64,000 nt of DNA, from NCBI GenBank assembly GCA_963751345.1, contig CAVVUS010000011.1, positions 256,001-320,000 on the forward strand. The letters are read 5' to 3'. A model generated the notes under the pieces. It saw only the letters and a program-made list of their open reading frames with translations, did not search any database and was not told where the DNA came from. The first letter of the stretch is position 1; each line of letters begins with the position of its first letter. This DNA is from an uncultured Chloroflexia bacterium (GTDB lineage: Bacteria; Chloroflexota; Anaerolineae; B4-G1; SLSP01). The position numbers were made by a program, and so were the translations under genes. Of this stretch, positions 1 to 10,241 are shown piece after piece.

Positions 1-89
1 CCCCAACCAATCAACCCCTCGTCGGTGGTGATCTTGACCAATCGGGTGCGTTTCCTCGGGAAGAACTGCTCGATAGCGGTGATTTTCAT
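1..89 (-). CDS. 5' end (runs off window) of a mandelate racemase/muconate lactonizing enzyme family protein, galactonate dehydratase-like
   Basis: Manual translation MKITAIEQFFPRKRTRLVKITTDEGLIGWG, the typical N-terminus of this family; AAGGAAAG RBS just upstream. Confidence 0.7.
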   Translation of the reverse strand, partial: MKITAIEQFFPRKRTRLVKITTDEGLIGW

Positions 90-257
90 CAGCTTTCCTT
101 TCGGCGGGCAAGGTGCTCCGTATATTGGGTAACTTCGTGCATGTTCGGCGCAGGTCGCGAAATCGTCAAACGGCACTTTCTCGGGCACGTCGGGCCAGGG
201 CTCACGCCCCGATCTCCCGCCTCCGGTGATTCTAATGAAACTTATATGATAAAGCCA

Positions 258-286
258 TTGACTTTTGGAAGATATCCCTCTATAAT
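258..286 (+). promoter_or_regulatory. sigma70-type promoter of the pdh operon
   Basis: TTGACT-17 nt-TATAAT in an AT-rich intergenic stretch, ~115 nt upstream of pdhA. Confidence 0.8.
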
Positions 287-399
287 AATATCGTAAAACC
301 ATAAAATCTCTAACACGAATTGCACGCAATGGGCCACGCACGGGTGGGGTGTGGCTGGGTCGGCTCATTCAGAGGATACCGACGAGCGGGAGGTAACAG

Positions 400-1491
400 A
401 TGCCTAGAGAGATTATCGAACTTCCATATACGGTTGACCATCTTTCGATCCTGGACCCGGATGGCAATGTCGATGAGAGCCTGGAGCCCGATCTGTCGGA
501 TGAGTTGCTGCTCCGGCTGCATCGGGCCATGCTTCTCGGTCGGCGCTTCGATGAGCGTATGCTGCGGATGCAGCGCCAGGGACGCATAGGCACTTTTGCG
601 CCGATCAAGGGACAGGAGGCCGCCAACGTCGGCGCTGCGGCCGTCTTGCGTGACTCGGACTGGATGGCGGTGTCATTCCGCGAGACGGCTAGCCAGTTGA
701 TGCGCGGGCAGTCGATGTCGGATCTGCTGCTCTATTACGGCGGTTACAACGAGGGCGGCTTCGTCCCCGAGGGTGTGAACACCCTTCCGGTGTCGATCCC
801 GGTGGCATCCCAGGCGCTCCACGCCGTAGGGCTGGCGTGGGCAATCAAATACCGGGAGAAGGACGACATTGCGATGGCCTTCTTCGGTGATGGCGCGACG
901 TCCCAGGGCGACTTCTACGAAGCGCTGAACTTCGCCGGGGTCTACAGAGTACCTGCGGTCTTCATCTGCCAGGACAATCAGTGGGCGATCTCTCTGCCGC
1001 GGTCCCGGCAGACCGCGTCGAAGACGCTGGCACAGAAGGCGTTTGCCGCAGGCATTCCGGGGATCCAGGTGGATGGCAATGACGTGCTGGCCGTCTACGT
1101 TGCCTCCAAGGAGGCAGCGGATCGCGCACGGGCGGGCGACGGTCCGACGCTGATCGAGGCGGTGACCTATCGCATGTCGGTTCATACGACGTCCGATGAC
1201 CCCAAGCGCTATCGCACGGACGAGGAGGTTGGGGATTGGGAGCGGCGTGATCCGATCGTCCGATTCCAGACATACCTCAAGCAGAAGCAGCTCTTGGATG
1301 ATGAGAAAATCGGCGCGCTCGAAGAGGAAATCGATCAGGAGATCCGTGACGCGGTCGATCAGGCCGAAAAGAAGATGGGCGAGCCCGTCGATGCGCTGGT
1401 GATGTTCGATGATATCTACGCCGAGCCTCATCCCTATCTCCTGGATCAGAGACAAGAGCTGGCGGATGAGCTGAAAGCGAAGGAGGCGTAG
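400..1491 (+). CDS. pdhA: Pyruvate/2-oxo acid dehydrogenase E1 alpha subunit
   Basis: RQGRIG..GQEA, ThDP motif GDGATSQGDF..N, HTTSDDP; GGAGG RBS. Confidence 0.93.
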   Translation: MPREIIELPYTVDHLSILDPDGNVDESLEPDLSDELLLRLHRAMLLGRRFDERMLRMQRQGRIGTFAPIKGQEAANVGAAAVLRDSDWMAVSFRETASQLMRGQSMSDLLLYYGGYNEGGFVPEGVNTLPVSIPVASQALHAVGLAWAIKYREKDDIAMAFFGDGATSQGDFYEALNFAGVYRVPAVFICQDNQWAISLPRSRQTASKTLAQKAFAAGIPGIQVDGNDVLAVYVASKEAADRARAGDGPTLIEAVTYRMSVHTTSDDPKRYRTDEEVGDWERRDPIVRFQTYLKQKQLLDDEKIGALEEEIDQEIRDAVDQAEKKMGEPVDALVMFDDIYAEPHPYLLDQRQELADELKAKEA

Positions 1492-1493
1492 CC

Positions 1494-2474
1494 ATGGCAA
1501 GAATGACGATGGTTCAGGCGCTGAACCTGGCGCTGACGCAGGAGATGGCCAAGGACGACAGCGTAGTCGTCCTGGGGGAGGATGTCGGGCGTGATGGCGG
1601 CGTCTTTCGGGTCACCGAGGGACTGCTGGAGGCCTATGGCGAGAATCGGTCTCTGGATACGCCGCTTGGCGAGGCCGGCATTGTTGGTATGGCGATCGGT
1701 ATGGCGATCTACGGGCTTAAGCCCGTCGCCGAGATCCAGTTCTCGGGCTTTATTTATCAGGCTTTCCATCAGATCGAACAGCATGCCGCCCGCATGAGGT
1801 GGCGATCGCGGGGCCGGTTCACGGTCCCGATGGTCATTCGGACGCCCTTTGCCGCCGGCGTGCGGGCGCTGGAGCACCATTCGGAGAGCCGCGAGACCTA
1901 TTTTGCGCACACGCCGGGGCTCAAGATGGTGATCCCGTCCGGTCCGAGGAACGCGCGCGCGCTCCTAGTCGCTGCCATTCGCGATCCGGATCCCGTGATC
2001 TTCTTCGAGCCGAAGTCGATCTATCGTGCCTTCCGCGAGGAGGTGCCCGAGGATGAGGAGGTCATGGAGATCGGCAAATCGGTGGTCGCCCGCGAGGGAG
2101 AGGACCTGACGATGGTCTCGTACGGCGCGATGATGCGACCGACACTCGCGGCTGCAGAGACACTGGCGGAGGAAGATGGGGTGAATGCCGAAGTTATCGA
2201 TCTCCTCACCATCTCGCCGCTGGATGATACATTGTTCACCGAGTCGGTCCGCAAGACCGGACGATTGGTGATCGTCCACGAAGCTCACCGCAGTTTCGGC
2301 CCCGGCGCAGAGATCGTCGCGCGAATCAATGAGAAGTCCTTCTGGTATCTCGAGGCACCGATCAAGCGGGTCACGGGGTTTGACACCATGGTGCCCCTGT
2401 TCGCCCGCGAGCAAGCCTATCTACCCGATGCCGACCGTGTCCTGCGCGCGGCTCGGGAGACGTTGAGCGTCTAG
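1494..2474 (+). CDS. pdhB: Pyruvate/2-oxo acid dehydrogenase E1 beta subunit
   Basis: GEDVG..GGVFRVT, DTPLGEAGIVG, EIQFSGF, HSES motifs; operon order. Confidence 0.93.
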   Translation: MARMTMVQALNLALTQEMAKDDSVVVLGEDVGRDGGVFRVTEGLLEAYGENRSLDTPLGEAGIVGMAIGMAIYGLKPVAEIQFSGFIYQAFHQIEQHAARMRWRSRGRFTVPMVIRTPFAAGVRALEHHSESRETYFAHTPGLKMVIPSGPRNARALLVAAIRDPDPVIFFEPKSIYRAFREEVPEDEEVMEIGKSVVAREGEDLTMVSYGAMMRPTLAAAETLAEEDGVNAEVIDLLTISPLDDTLFTESVRKTGRLVIVHEAHRSFGPGAEIVARINEKSFWYLEAPIKRVTGFDTMVPLFAREQAYLPDADRVLRAARETLSV

Positions 2475-2484
2475 GGGGGAACCT

Positions 2485-3855
2485 ATGGCTAAGGAATTCA
2501 AGCTGCCCGATCTTGGCGAGGGCATTCATGAGGGTGAGGTGCTCGCGGTCAAGGTGAGCCAGGGCCAACAGGTCAAGGAAGACGACACGATCCTTGAGGT
2601 CGAGACCGACAAGGCTGCCGTGGAGATACCCTCTCCGTATACCGACGTGGTCACCGACGTAAGGGTCTCAGCCGGCGATGTCGTGCACGTCGGCGACGTC
2701 ATGATGGTTTTCGGTGGCGTAGCTGACAATGCTCCGAAGGAGAAGACGAGGGAAGCTGAGGCGCCCCCGAAGGGTCGTCGGCCCTCCGAAGTGCGGGCGG
2801 CGTCAGAAGAAGCGCCTCTCGGCGTGCAAACGCCGGCCGGCGAACCGATTCGTGAGGGGCCTGTCCCCGCGGCCCCGTCGACGCGGCGCCTGGCCCGTGA
2901 GCTGGGCGTGGATCTCCACGAGGTGTCGCCCACCGGCGCCGGGGGGCGGGTGACGCGGGAGGACGTGCGCGCCTACGCTGAGGGTGGGGGGCCTGCTGCG
3001 GAGGAGGCCCAGCCCGAGAAGCAACCCGAGCGGCGGCTGTTTGGCGTCTCTCCGCAGACGGTCGAGGCCCCGCCGCTGCCGGACTACGACAAGGTTGGGC
3101 CGGTCGAGCGCGAGCAACTGCGCTCGGTGCGCCGCGCGACCGCGAAGCAGATGGCGCTGGCCTGGTCGCAGATACCACACGTCAGCACGCAGGATCTGGT
3201 GGACGTCACGGAGCTGGAGAAGCTCCGGCGGCAGTACAAGGATGAGGTCAAGGACCGTGACGGTGCCCTGACGATCACAGTTTTTGTGATCAAGGCATTG
3301 GTCAATGCGCTCAAGACGTTCCCGAGGTTCAACGCGAGCCTGGATATGAGCTCTGAAGAGTTGATCCTCAAGAAGTACTACAATGTGGCCATTGCGGTGG
3401 ACACGGAGCGCGGGCTGCTCGTGCCGACGATCCGCGATGCGGACAAGAAGAGCGTCTTCGAGCTCGCCGTAGAGCTGAAGGAGTTGGCCGATCGAGCGCG
3501 GGAGGGCCACGCGACGCTGGAGGAGATGCAGGGAAGCACGATCACCATCACGAATGTGGGCGCGATCGGCGGGACCAACTTTGCACCGATCATCAACTAT
3601 CCCGAGGTCGCGATCTTGGGGCTGGCCCAGGCGAGAGTCCAGCCGGTGGCCAAGCAGATCGATTTCCCGGAGGGCGAGGAACCCGAGGACTTTGAGGAGG
3701 CCCTCACCCGTGGCTATGAGTTCGTGCCCCGACTGATGATGCCGATCATCCTGAGTTTCGACCACAGGGTGAATGACGGAGCGGAGGCGCAGCGCTTCTT
3801 GAATCGCGTGATCGAGCAGCTCGAGCGCCCCGAACGTCTGTTGATGGGACTCTGA
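2485..3855 (+). CDS. pdhC: Dihydrolipoamide acyltransferase E2 (single lipoyl domain)
   Basis: Lipoyl motif ETDKA, E3-binding PSTRRLARELG, catalytic SFDHRVNDG. Confidence 0.93.
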   Translation: MAKEFKLPDLGEGIHEGEVLAVKVSQGQQVKEDDTILEVETDKAAVEIPSPYTDVVTDVRVSAGDVVHVGDVMMVFGGVADNAPKEKTREAEAPPKGRRPSEVRAASEEAPLGVQTPAGEPIREGPVPAAPSTRRLARELGVDLHEVSPTGAGGRVTREDVRAYAEGGGPAAEEAQPEKQPERRLFGVSPQTVEAPPLPDYDKVGPVEREQLRSVRRATAKQMALAWSQIPHVSTQDLVDVTELEKLRRQYKDEVKDRDGALTITVFVIKALVNALKTFPRFNASLDMSSEELILKKYYNVAIAVDTERGLLVPTIRDADKKSVFELAVELKELADRAREGHATLEEMQGSTITITNVGAIGGTNFAPIINYPEVAILGLAQARVQPVAKQIDFPEGEEPEDFEEALTRGYEFVPRLMMPIILSFDHRVNDGAEAQRFLNRVIEQLERPERLLMGL

Positions 3856-3910
3856 TAAGCGATCTCTTGGATCCTCGTAAAGGGCGGAGAGGTCGACAAG
3901 AAGGAATACG

Positions 3911-4475
3911 ATGAACGAAGAAGAGTATCGATTTGAGGTCGCCACACTTGGCGGCGGGTGTTTTTGGTGCTTGGAGGCTGTCTACGATGAGGTGAGGGGC
4001 GTTGAGTCGGTGACGTCCGGGTATGCCGGCGGCACCGTGCCCAATCCCTCTTACCAACTGGTGTGTACCGGAACGACGGGGCACGCCGAGGTCGTACAGA
4101 TCGAGTTCGACCCGACGGTCATCTCCTATCGCGACCTCCTGGAGATCTACTTCTCAATCCACGATCCAACGACGCTGAACCGCCAGGGGGCCGACGTAGG
4201 AACACAGTACCGTTCGGTGGTTTTCTACCACAACGAGGAGCAGAAGCAGGTTGTGACGGACGTCATCAAGGAGCTTGCAGCAGTCGGGCAAGTACGATGA
4301 CCCCATCGTGACCCAGGTGGTGCCCTTTGAGGCGTTCTACAAGGCTGAGGACTACCATCAGGAGTACTTTCAGAACAATCAGAACCAGCCCTACTGTCGG
4401 GTAGTGATCAGCCCAAAGGTGGCGAAGTTCCAGAAACACTTCGCCGACAGGTTGAAGGTTGAGGTAGTACTATGA
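3911..4475 (+). CDS. msrA: Peptide methionine (S)-sulfoxide reductase MsrA (one-base frameshift at ~4275)
   Basis: [23 protein letters not shown], then [11 protein letters not shown] in the next frame (ORFs 3911..4300 and 4275..4475). Confidence 0.9.
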
Positions 4476-4927
4476 GCGAGAAAATGACGAAGACCGACGC
4501 GGAATGGAAAGAGGAGCTCTCACCCGAGGCTTACCACGTTCTGCGCCAGAAAGGGACCGAGCGCGCGTTCTCGGGCAAGTACTTTGACCTGGACGAGGAG
4601 GGGGTCTACCGGTGTGCCGCATGTGGCCAACCGGTCTTCTCTTCCGAGACGAAGTTCCATTCGGGCACGGGATGGCCCAGTTTCTACGCCCCAATCTCCG
4701 AGGACATGATCGGCACGGAGCACGATCGACGCTTTTTCATGTCGCGCACGGAGGTCCATTGCAGCCGCTGTGGCTCGCACCTCGGACACGTCTTCGACGA
4801 CGGACCCGAGCCGACCGGGCTCCGATATTGCCTGAACTCCATCTCGCTGGACTTCGATCCTGCGAAGGTGTCGCTGGGCGAGAAGAAACCCGAAACCGAG
4901 GCGCTGATAGCATCTCGGACGGCGTAG
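4472..4927 (+). CDS. msrB: Peptide methionine (R)-sulfoxide reductase MsrB
   Basis: GTERAF, CAAC/CSRC zinc ligands, GWPSF, HLGHVF, RYCLNS; ATGA overlap with msrA. Confidence 0.95.
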   Translation: MSEKMTKTDAEWKEELSPEAYHVLRQKGTERAFSGKYFDLDEEGVYRCAACGQPVFSSETKFHSGTGWPSFYAPISEDMIGTEHDRRFFMSRTEVHCSRCGSHLGHVFDDGPEPTGLRYCLNSISLDFDPAKVSLGEKKPETEALIASRTA

Positions 4928-4954
4928 CGCCTCAGACGGCGTAGCGCCTCAGAC
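4921..4954. repeat. Exact tandem duplication of a 17-bp unit GGCGTAGCGCCTCAGAC spanning the msrB stop
   Basis: Units at 4921-4937 and 4938-4954 read directly from the sequence. Confidence 0.85.
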
Positions 4955-4962
4955 AGTATGCG

Positions 4963-5005
4963 TCCCAGGTGTGGGGCACTCTCCGGAGGTGCCCCACACC
5001 TGGGA
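4963..5005. repeat. Perfect 17-bp inverted repeat (REP-like hairpin) between msrB and lpdA
   Basis: TCCCAGGTGTGGGGCAC ... GTGCCCCACACCTGGGA; no U-tract. Confidence 0.8.
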
Positions 5006-5032
5006 ACACACAAGAGCAAAGGATGATGACCA

Positions 5033-6587
5033 ATGGTTATGGGAGAGATGACCCAGGAAGTGGGCATCGCCATCATCGGCGGTGGCCCCGGTGGCTATGC
5101 CGCGGCCTTTCGTGCGGCCGACTTGGGGCTGGACGTGATGGTAATCGAAGAGGACCCACGGCTGGGAGGGGTATGTCTCCATCGCGGCTGCATCCCATCC
5201 AAGACGCTCCTCTACCTCAGCCAACTGCTTCACGATGCCAGGCATTCGGATGTCCTCGGTGTGACATTCGGCGAGCCGGACATCGATCTCGGCAAAGTGC
5301 GCGACTTCAAGAACAGGGTCGTAAACAGACTGGCCGATGGCCTGATGAGTTTGGCCAAGCAGCGCGGCGTGCAGGTCGTCCAGGGTCGGGCCACCTTTGA
5401 GGACTCGGGGACGCTCAGGCTGCAGGGGGCCGACCTGGCCCACGTCAAATTCGAACACGCGATTATCGCGACCGGTTCCAAGACGATCGCCCTGCCGGGC
5501 ACCGAGTTCCGTCCCGGTGGTAGGATCATGGACTCGACCGGCGCGTTGGACCTGGCGGATCTGCCGGAGCGATTCCTGGTGGTGGGCGGGGGCTACGTGG
5601 GCCTGGAATTGGGCTCGGTCTATGCTGCACTCGGAAGCAAGGTCAGTGTCGTCGAGATGTTGGACCGGCTCATCGCTCAGGCTGACGAAGATATGGCTCG
5701 CCCCCTTGTGAGGCGCATTCACGACACCTTTGAGGCTGTCTACACCAACACGAAGGTGGCCAAGATGGTCGAAGAGACGGACGGCGTCGTCGTTACCTTC
5801 GAAGGAGAGGTCGCGGAGCCCGAACAGCGGTTCGACCGCGTGCTCGTTGCTGTGGGCCGCCGGCCCAACTCACGAGATCTCGGGCTGGAGAACACCAAGG
5901 TTGTGGTCAACGACCGCGGCTTCATCGAGGTGAATGATCAGCAGCGTACGGCGGATTCGAAGATCTACGCGATCGGAGACGTCGTCGGTGGGATGCTGCT
6001 CGCGCACAAGGCGATGTACGAGGGGCGCGTGGCGGCTGAGGTGATGGCGCACCTTCCGTCCGCTTTCGATGCGGTCGCTATCCCGGCGGTCGTCTACACC
6101 GATCCCTCATTGGCCTGGGCGGGCCTGACCGAGCAGGATGCGAAGAGGGAGGGTCGTGAGGTGAGAGGTCGCGCGCTTCCCCTGGAGCGCCTCAGGCCGC
6201 GCATTGACCATGGATGCCCCTGAGGGCATGACGAAGATCATCGCCGACCCGGAGTCCGGGCGGATTCTTGGCTTTGGCATCGTGGGGCGGGATGCCGGTG
6301 AGATGATCGCTGAGGGCGTGCTCGCCATCGAGATGGGGGCGCTGGCGGAGGATGTGGCGTTGACGATTCACGCGCACCCCACGCTCTCGGAGACCGAGGG
6401 CGAGGTTGCCGAGCTCTTCCTGGGGAGCGCAACGCACCTGCTGCCGCCGAGGCACACGGTAAGCCCGGCCCCTTCTCGTGCCTTCCCTGATGGGGAGCGA
6501 AAGCGGGAGGTTCTCCTCGAGTCCACCGAGTCTGGGAGGAAGGGGCCTTACGGCTCCGACACCTGCAGCCAGATCGACGCCGTCTGA
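5033..6587 (+). CDS. lpdA: Dihydrolipoamide dehydrogenase E3 (frameshift at ~6163; true end may be nearer 6460)
   Basis: [28 protein letters not shown], and HAHPTLSE in the next frame (6204..6587). Confidence 0.9.
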
Positions 6588-8326
6588 AGCGGCGCCATCG
6601 ACGGATCATCAAGAACAAGGTGAAGCTCGGCAGGCACGTTGCCGCTCAGCCCCTCGATATCTAGCGGCACCACCACGCGTTGCGTTACCATCGGCAAGAC
6701 GCTGACCCGTAGCCACCCGCGCAGTTCGTTCCCCGCCCACACCTGCAGTTCGCCGTACGTGGAAAAACCGTTGGCGTCCTCGAATACGACCGGGACCGCG
6801 GCGTTGCCGTCCCGCGCGAGGCAGTTCACGGTGTCCGTGGGACGCCATCCGCCGAGGTAGGTGGCGGCTTGGTCGGGCCGGAAGACGAGATAGCGGGGAG
6901 ACTGGCTGATCGGGACCGCCAGCCCCTCGCCCTGGCTTGGGATAACCCCCTCATCGCCTGTCATCCCGACCACCGCCACGTCATCCACCGAGATGGGAAG
7001 GATGATCGTATGCGCCTCCTCGGTGGTCCAGAGCGCCATCGCTACCCGCGCCTTGTTCTGGAAGAGCAACAGGTAATCGGTCTGAAGCTCGACTGGAATT
7101 CGCCGCAGAAAGCGATAGCCGGATAGGGTTGTGGCGATCGTTCTGGCTGCCAGATAGCTGGGCTTGGCGCTGTAGTCATTGCGGACGGTGCCGAAGTTCT
7201 GCTCGGGATCCTGTTTGTCCGGCCCGTCGTCGCGCCAATCGTACCACACCGTGAGGTCTATGTCATTGGAAAGGTTGACGAGCCACTGACGGCTCAGATA
7301 CTGCGCCTGTTGGCCCTCACTGTATCCTCCTTCCGAGGAGTAGAACCCCCACTCCCCCGATAGGATGGGGATCTTCCAGTTCGGGCTGTAGCGGTTGATC
7401 AGGGCACGCAGTTCCAGGTAGGGTTGGACGATGGCCTCGGGCGAACGCACGCCGTAGGAATGGATGGTGATGGCGTCCACTTGCTCGAAAAGCCCCATTT
7501 CGCCCAATGCCCGCCAGTAGGGCCAGTCGTAGCCGGAGAGCGCGGGGGCCACGATGATGGCCGTCGGGTCAGCGCGGCGTATTGCGGCGATGGCCTTCAG
7601 GGCCAGTTGCCCGTACTGGCTCGCGTTCGCCTCGGGAGGCCAGAAGTGGTCGATATTGGGCTCGTTCCACAGCTCCCAGACCACGCCGGCGTCGCGAAAA
7701 CGCCGCGCCGCGGCGGCAGCGAACCGGGCATAGGCGGCTTGCCCCTCGGGCGAGGTGGGTGGGTACCCGTTATCGTAGAGCGGATTGCCGTAGTCGAGGA
7801 TATAGACGATGCGAATACCGCGGGCGGCCATCGATTTGGTGAGTGCATCGTATTCGGCGAAGTTGTAGGATCCCGGCGCCGTCTCAATGCTGTGCCAGAA
7901 CATATCCATCCGGATCCACCTGAACCCGCCGGCGGCGATGTAGTCGAGTTCCTCCCGCGATGCACGAGTGAAGTGGATCTCGGCGCCAAAGGGCTCTGGG
8001 ATCACCCGCTCGGGAAGCTGCCACAGGACGGGCCCGGCCTCGGGCGTGATGGTCAGCGGCGCGGTGCGTGTCAGCATCGGGATAACGATGGTGGGCAAGG
8101 GCGATGGATAGGGGGTGGGCGTCGGGAACGGCGTGGTGGTGGACGCCGCTGTGGGTGTAGCTGCCGGCGTAGGGGTGGGGGGGTGGGCGTCTGTGGTGGG
8201 TACCACGGTGTAGAGTGGTTCGGACAGGACGTCCGAGCACCCCGCCAACACGATCACGGACATTATCAGGCCGACGAGAAGCCAGCGAGGCCGAGGTCTT
8301 TTTGATGTTGGGGGCGAGATAGCCAT
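6548..8326 (-). CDS. Clan GH-A glycoside hydrolase (GH5/GH39-like) lipoprotein with Pro/Thr linker
   Basis: Lipobox VLAGC, PT-rich linker, WNEPN acid/base and SGEWG nucleophile, [13 protein letters not shown]. Confidence 0.75.
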   Translation of the reverse strand: MAISPPTSKRPRPRWLLVGLIMSVIVLAGCSDVLSEPLYTVVPTTDAHPPTPTPAATPTAASTTTPFPTPTPYPSPLPTIVIPMLTRTAPLTITPEAGPVLWQLPERVIPEPFGAEIHFTRASREELDYIAAGGFRWIRMDMFWHSIETAPGSYNFAEYDALTKSMAARGIRIVYILDYGNPLYDNGYPPTSPEGQAAYARFAAAAARRFRDAGVVWELWNEPNIDHFWPPEANASQYGQLALKAIAAIRRADPTAIIVAPALSGYDWPYWRALGEMGLFEQVDAITIHSYGVRSPEAIVQPYLELRALINRYSPNWKIPILSGEWGFYSSEGGYSEGQQAQYLSRQWLVNLSNDIDLTVWYDWRDDGPDKQDPEQNFGTVRNDYSAKPSYLAARTIATTLSGYRFLRRIPVELQTDYLLLFQNKARVAMALWTTEEAHTIILPISVDDVAVVGMTGDEGVIPSQGEGLAVPISQSPRYLVFRPDQAATYLGGWRPTDTVNCLARDGNAAVPVVFEDANGFSTYGELQVWAGNELRGWLRVSVLPMVTQRVVVPLDIEGLSGNVPAELHLVLDDPSMAPLQTASIWLQVSEP

Positions 8327-8375
8327 AGCGGGAGTCTATCCGATTTCTCACTGGACGCTAGAGCTGCTAGAGCTG

Positions 8376-8421
8376 ACCTTCCGGGTTGCGCACGCCGTCT
8401 GAGGCGCGCAACCCGGAAGGT
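8376..8421. repeat. Perfect 16-bp inverted repeat in the divergent GH/tRNA intergenic region
   Basis: ACCTTCCGGGTTGCGC ... GCGCAACCCGGAAGGT. Confidence 0.8.
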
Positions 8422-8477
8422 AGCGAACAACTCGGGACGTTCGGACGTGCTCACGACCTAACGTTGCACCGCTCTGT

Positions 8478-8505
8478 TTGACTCGTCGCCGATTGCTGAT
8501 AAGAT
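8478..8505 (+). promoter_or_regulatory. sigma70-type promoter for tRNA-Val
   Basis: TTGACT-16 nt-TAAGAT with extended -10 TG, 10 nt before the tRNA. Confidence 0.65.
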
Positions 8506-8515
8506 GGCGGTGCTC

Positions 8516-8589
8516 GGGCGGTTAGCTCAGTTGGTTAGAGCGCCTCTCTTACACGGAGGAGGTCACAGGTTCGAGTCCTGTACCGCCCA
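8516..8589 (+). tRNA. tRNA-Val (TAC)
   Basis: Acceptor stem GGGCGGT/ACCGCCC, D arm AGCTCAGTTGGTTAGAGC, anticodon loop CTTACAC, T arm GGTTCGAGTCC; full CCA not encoded. Confidence 0.95.
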
Positions 8590-8590
8590 C

Positions 8591-10237
8591 CTACAATCTG
8601 GGAACGCCCTCTCGGTTCAAGAATGCCAGAATGATAGCCTTCACACCCTCCGGGTCGGACAGGTGGATCATGCTTCCGGCGTTCGGGAAACTGTAAACCT
8701 GCAGAAACGCCACCGCATCCTGGTACTGCTGTACCACGCTCGCGTCGATCGGGTCGCACCCTCCCCGCAGGAGAATGGTCGGGATGAGTAGTTGGCGCAA
8801 GCCGGGCCGCGGGTCGGGCGGTTCGTCGGCGGTCACTTCCCCGACGACTTGGGCGTAGCCGTTGTAGCCGGGTGACTGCGGGTTCGGCGCGAGGTTCTCC
8901 TGTCCGACGCAGACCATCATGCGCTCATCCACGATCTGGTCGAACCACGCCGTCATCTGACTTTGGGGTATATAGGCCTGGGCGGTCCTGGGGCTGTAGA
9001 CCGCGATGGCCATAGCGATGGCGGGGCGTATGTCCTGGAGTGTATAGGGCTTGGCCGGGAACGCTGCTGTACGCACCTGCGCCACCGCGAACTGCTGGTT
9101 CTCCCACAGCGGGCCGGGTGAGTAGAAGACCACGCGCTCAACGCGATCCCTGTGGTCGACCATATAGCGCGCCGCGATCCCACAGCCTGCCTCGTGGGCG
9201 ATCAGGATGAGGCGGTCGGCCTGGATCGTCTCGCGAATCGCCTCGAGATCCTCCACGTTGCGCCAGACCGTGTACTCCCCAATCTGCGACAGCCGGCCTG
9301 ATAGCCCGGTGCCTACCTGATCGTACAGGTAGACGTCGAACCCCTCCTGCGTGAACTGCCTGAAGAAGGCGATATCGGTGTCGAGAACGGCCCAGCCCGG
9401 GCCCCCGTGCAGGAAGACGATCGGGTTGCGTCGTGACTTCTCCCCTTCTGCAGGGAAATAGCTGTAGGCAATGTGGGATCCTGTCGAGAGGTCCCAGTAT
9501 TGCGTTCCGGGCCGTGGCTGCGGCGATTCGGTCGGTTCAATGGGCGCCGGGTTGAGAATCAGCCCCGAGGCGGGTAGAACGACGCCCAGGATGGCCACCA
9601 GCGCGACGGCTAGACTGAAGCGCGCACGTCGATCGAGCGCGAGTCCTTCTGCTACCAACCAGGATACGCCTGCCACAAGCAGCACGAAGGCAGCACAGGC
9701 CGCGATCGTCATCACGAGGACGCTTTGTGTGGCCATGCTGACCAGCAGGAAGAGCTGGCCTGCCATAGCGCCGCTGAAGATGACGCCGAAGAGCAGGATG
9801 GCGAAGAGGACGAGCTGGAGCCACCAACTCGGCGCCCGTGCGGTCAGGATATTCTCCACGCCGTCCTCGTCTTCCTCGCGGAACCATCCAATGGCCCGGA
9901 AGGCGCGCTCCACCCAGATGTTCGTGTTACTCATCACGATGACGCCTGCCAGTGCCCACCAGAAATTGGCGACGTTGAGCCGCGTCATCGCGCCAGTCAG
10001 GACGAGCACAATGCCATCGACGACGAAGATGAAGAGACCGCCGGTCATAATGATGAGCGGGAGGGCAAGCGTCAAGAGCAGCCGGCGTACGGTCACGGTC
10101 AGGATGGTAAAGACAAAGGCGACGATCCACACGCCGAAGAGCTGGCGGTCGCGGCTGATGCCGCGAAGAGCCAGCAGAATCGTCAGGAGGATGTAGTTGA
10201 TCGACAGCCTCAGGACGAAGTTGCGTGCGTAGCGCAT
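8591..10237 (-). CDS. Membrane protein: N-terminal 4-TM 'phage holin family 4/DUF360'-like region plus more TMs, fused to a proline iminopeptidase-like alpha/beta hydrolase
   Basis: LLLTLALPLIIMTGGLFIFVVDG holin-4-like motif; LHGGPG, YDQVGTGLS, EDLEAIRE; elbow reads AHEAG instead of GHSxG. Confidence 0.7.
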   Translation of the reverse strand: MRYARNFVLRLSINYILLTILLALRGISRDRQLFGVWIVAFVFTILTVTVRRLLLTLALPLIIMTGGLFIFVVDGIVLVLTGAMTRLNVANFWWALAGVIVMSNTNIWVERAFRAIGWFREEDEDGVENILTARAPSWWLQLVLFAILLFGVIFSGAMAGQLFLLVSMATQSVLVMTIAACAAFVLLVAGVSWLVAEGLALDRRARFSLAVALVAILGVVLPASGLILNPAPIEPTESPQPRPGTQYWDLSTGSHIAYSYFPAEGEKSRRNPIVFLHGGPGWAVLDTDIAFFRQFTQEGFDVYLYDQVGTGLSGRLSQIGEYTVWRNVEDLEAIRETIQADRLILIAHEAGCGIAARYMVDHRDRVERVVFYSPGPLWENQQFAVAQVRTAAFPAKPYTLQDIRPAIAMAIAVYSPRTAQAYIPQSQMTAWFDQIVDERMMVCVGQENLAPNPQSPGYNGYAQVVGEVTADEPPDPRPGLRQLLIPTILLRGGCDPIDASVVQQYQDAVAFLQVYSFPNAGSMIHLSDPEGVKAIILAFLNREGVPRL

Positions 10238-10241
10238 CGCC

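Noticed and set aside
4921-5005. CRISPR array
   Set aside because: Only two adjacent 17-bp units with no spacers and no cas genes.
6579-6588. GCCGTCTGAA, identical to the Neisseria DNA uptake sequence
   Set aside because: Only one copy noticed, inside a coding region of a GC-rich genome; consistent with chance.
8516-8620. tRNA-Val as an integration site for a genomic island
   Set aside because: No integrase nearby and no duplicated tRNA 3' end seen in the window.
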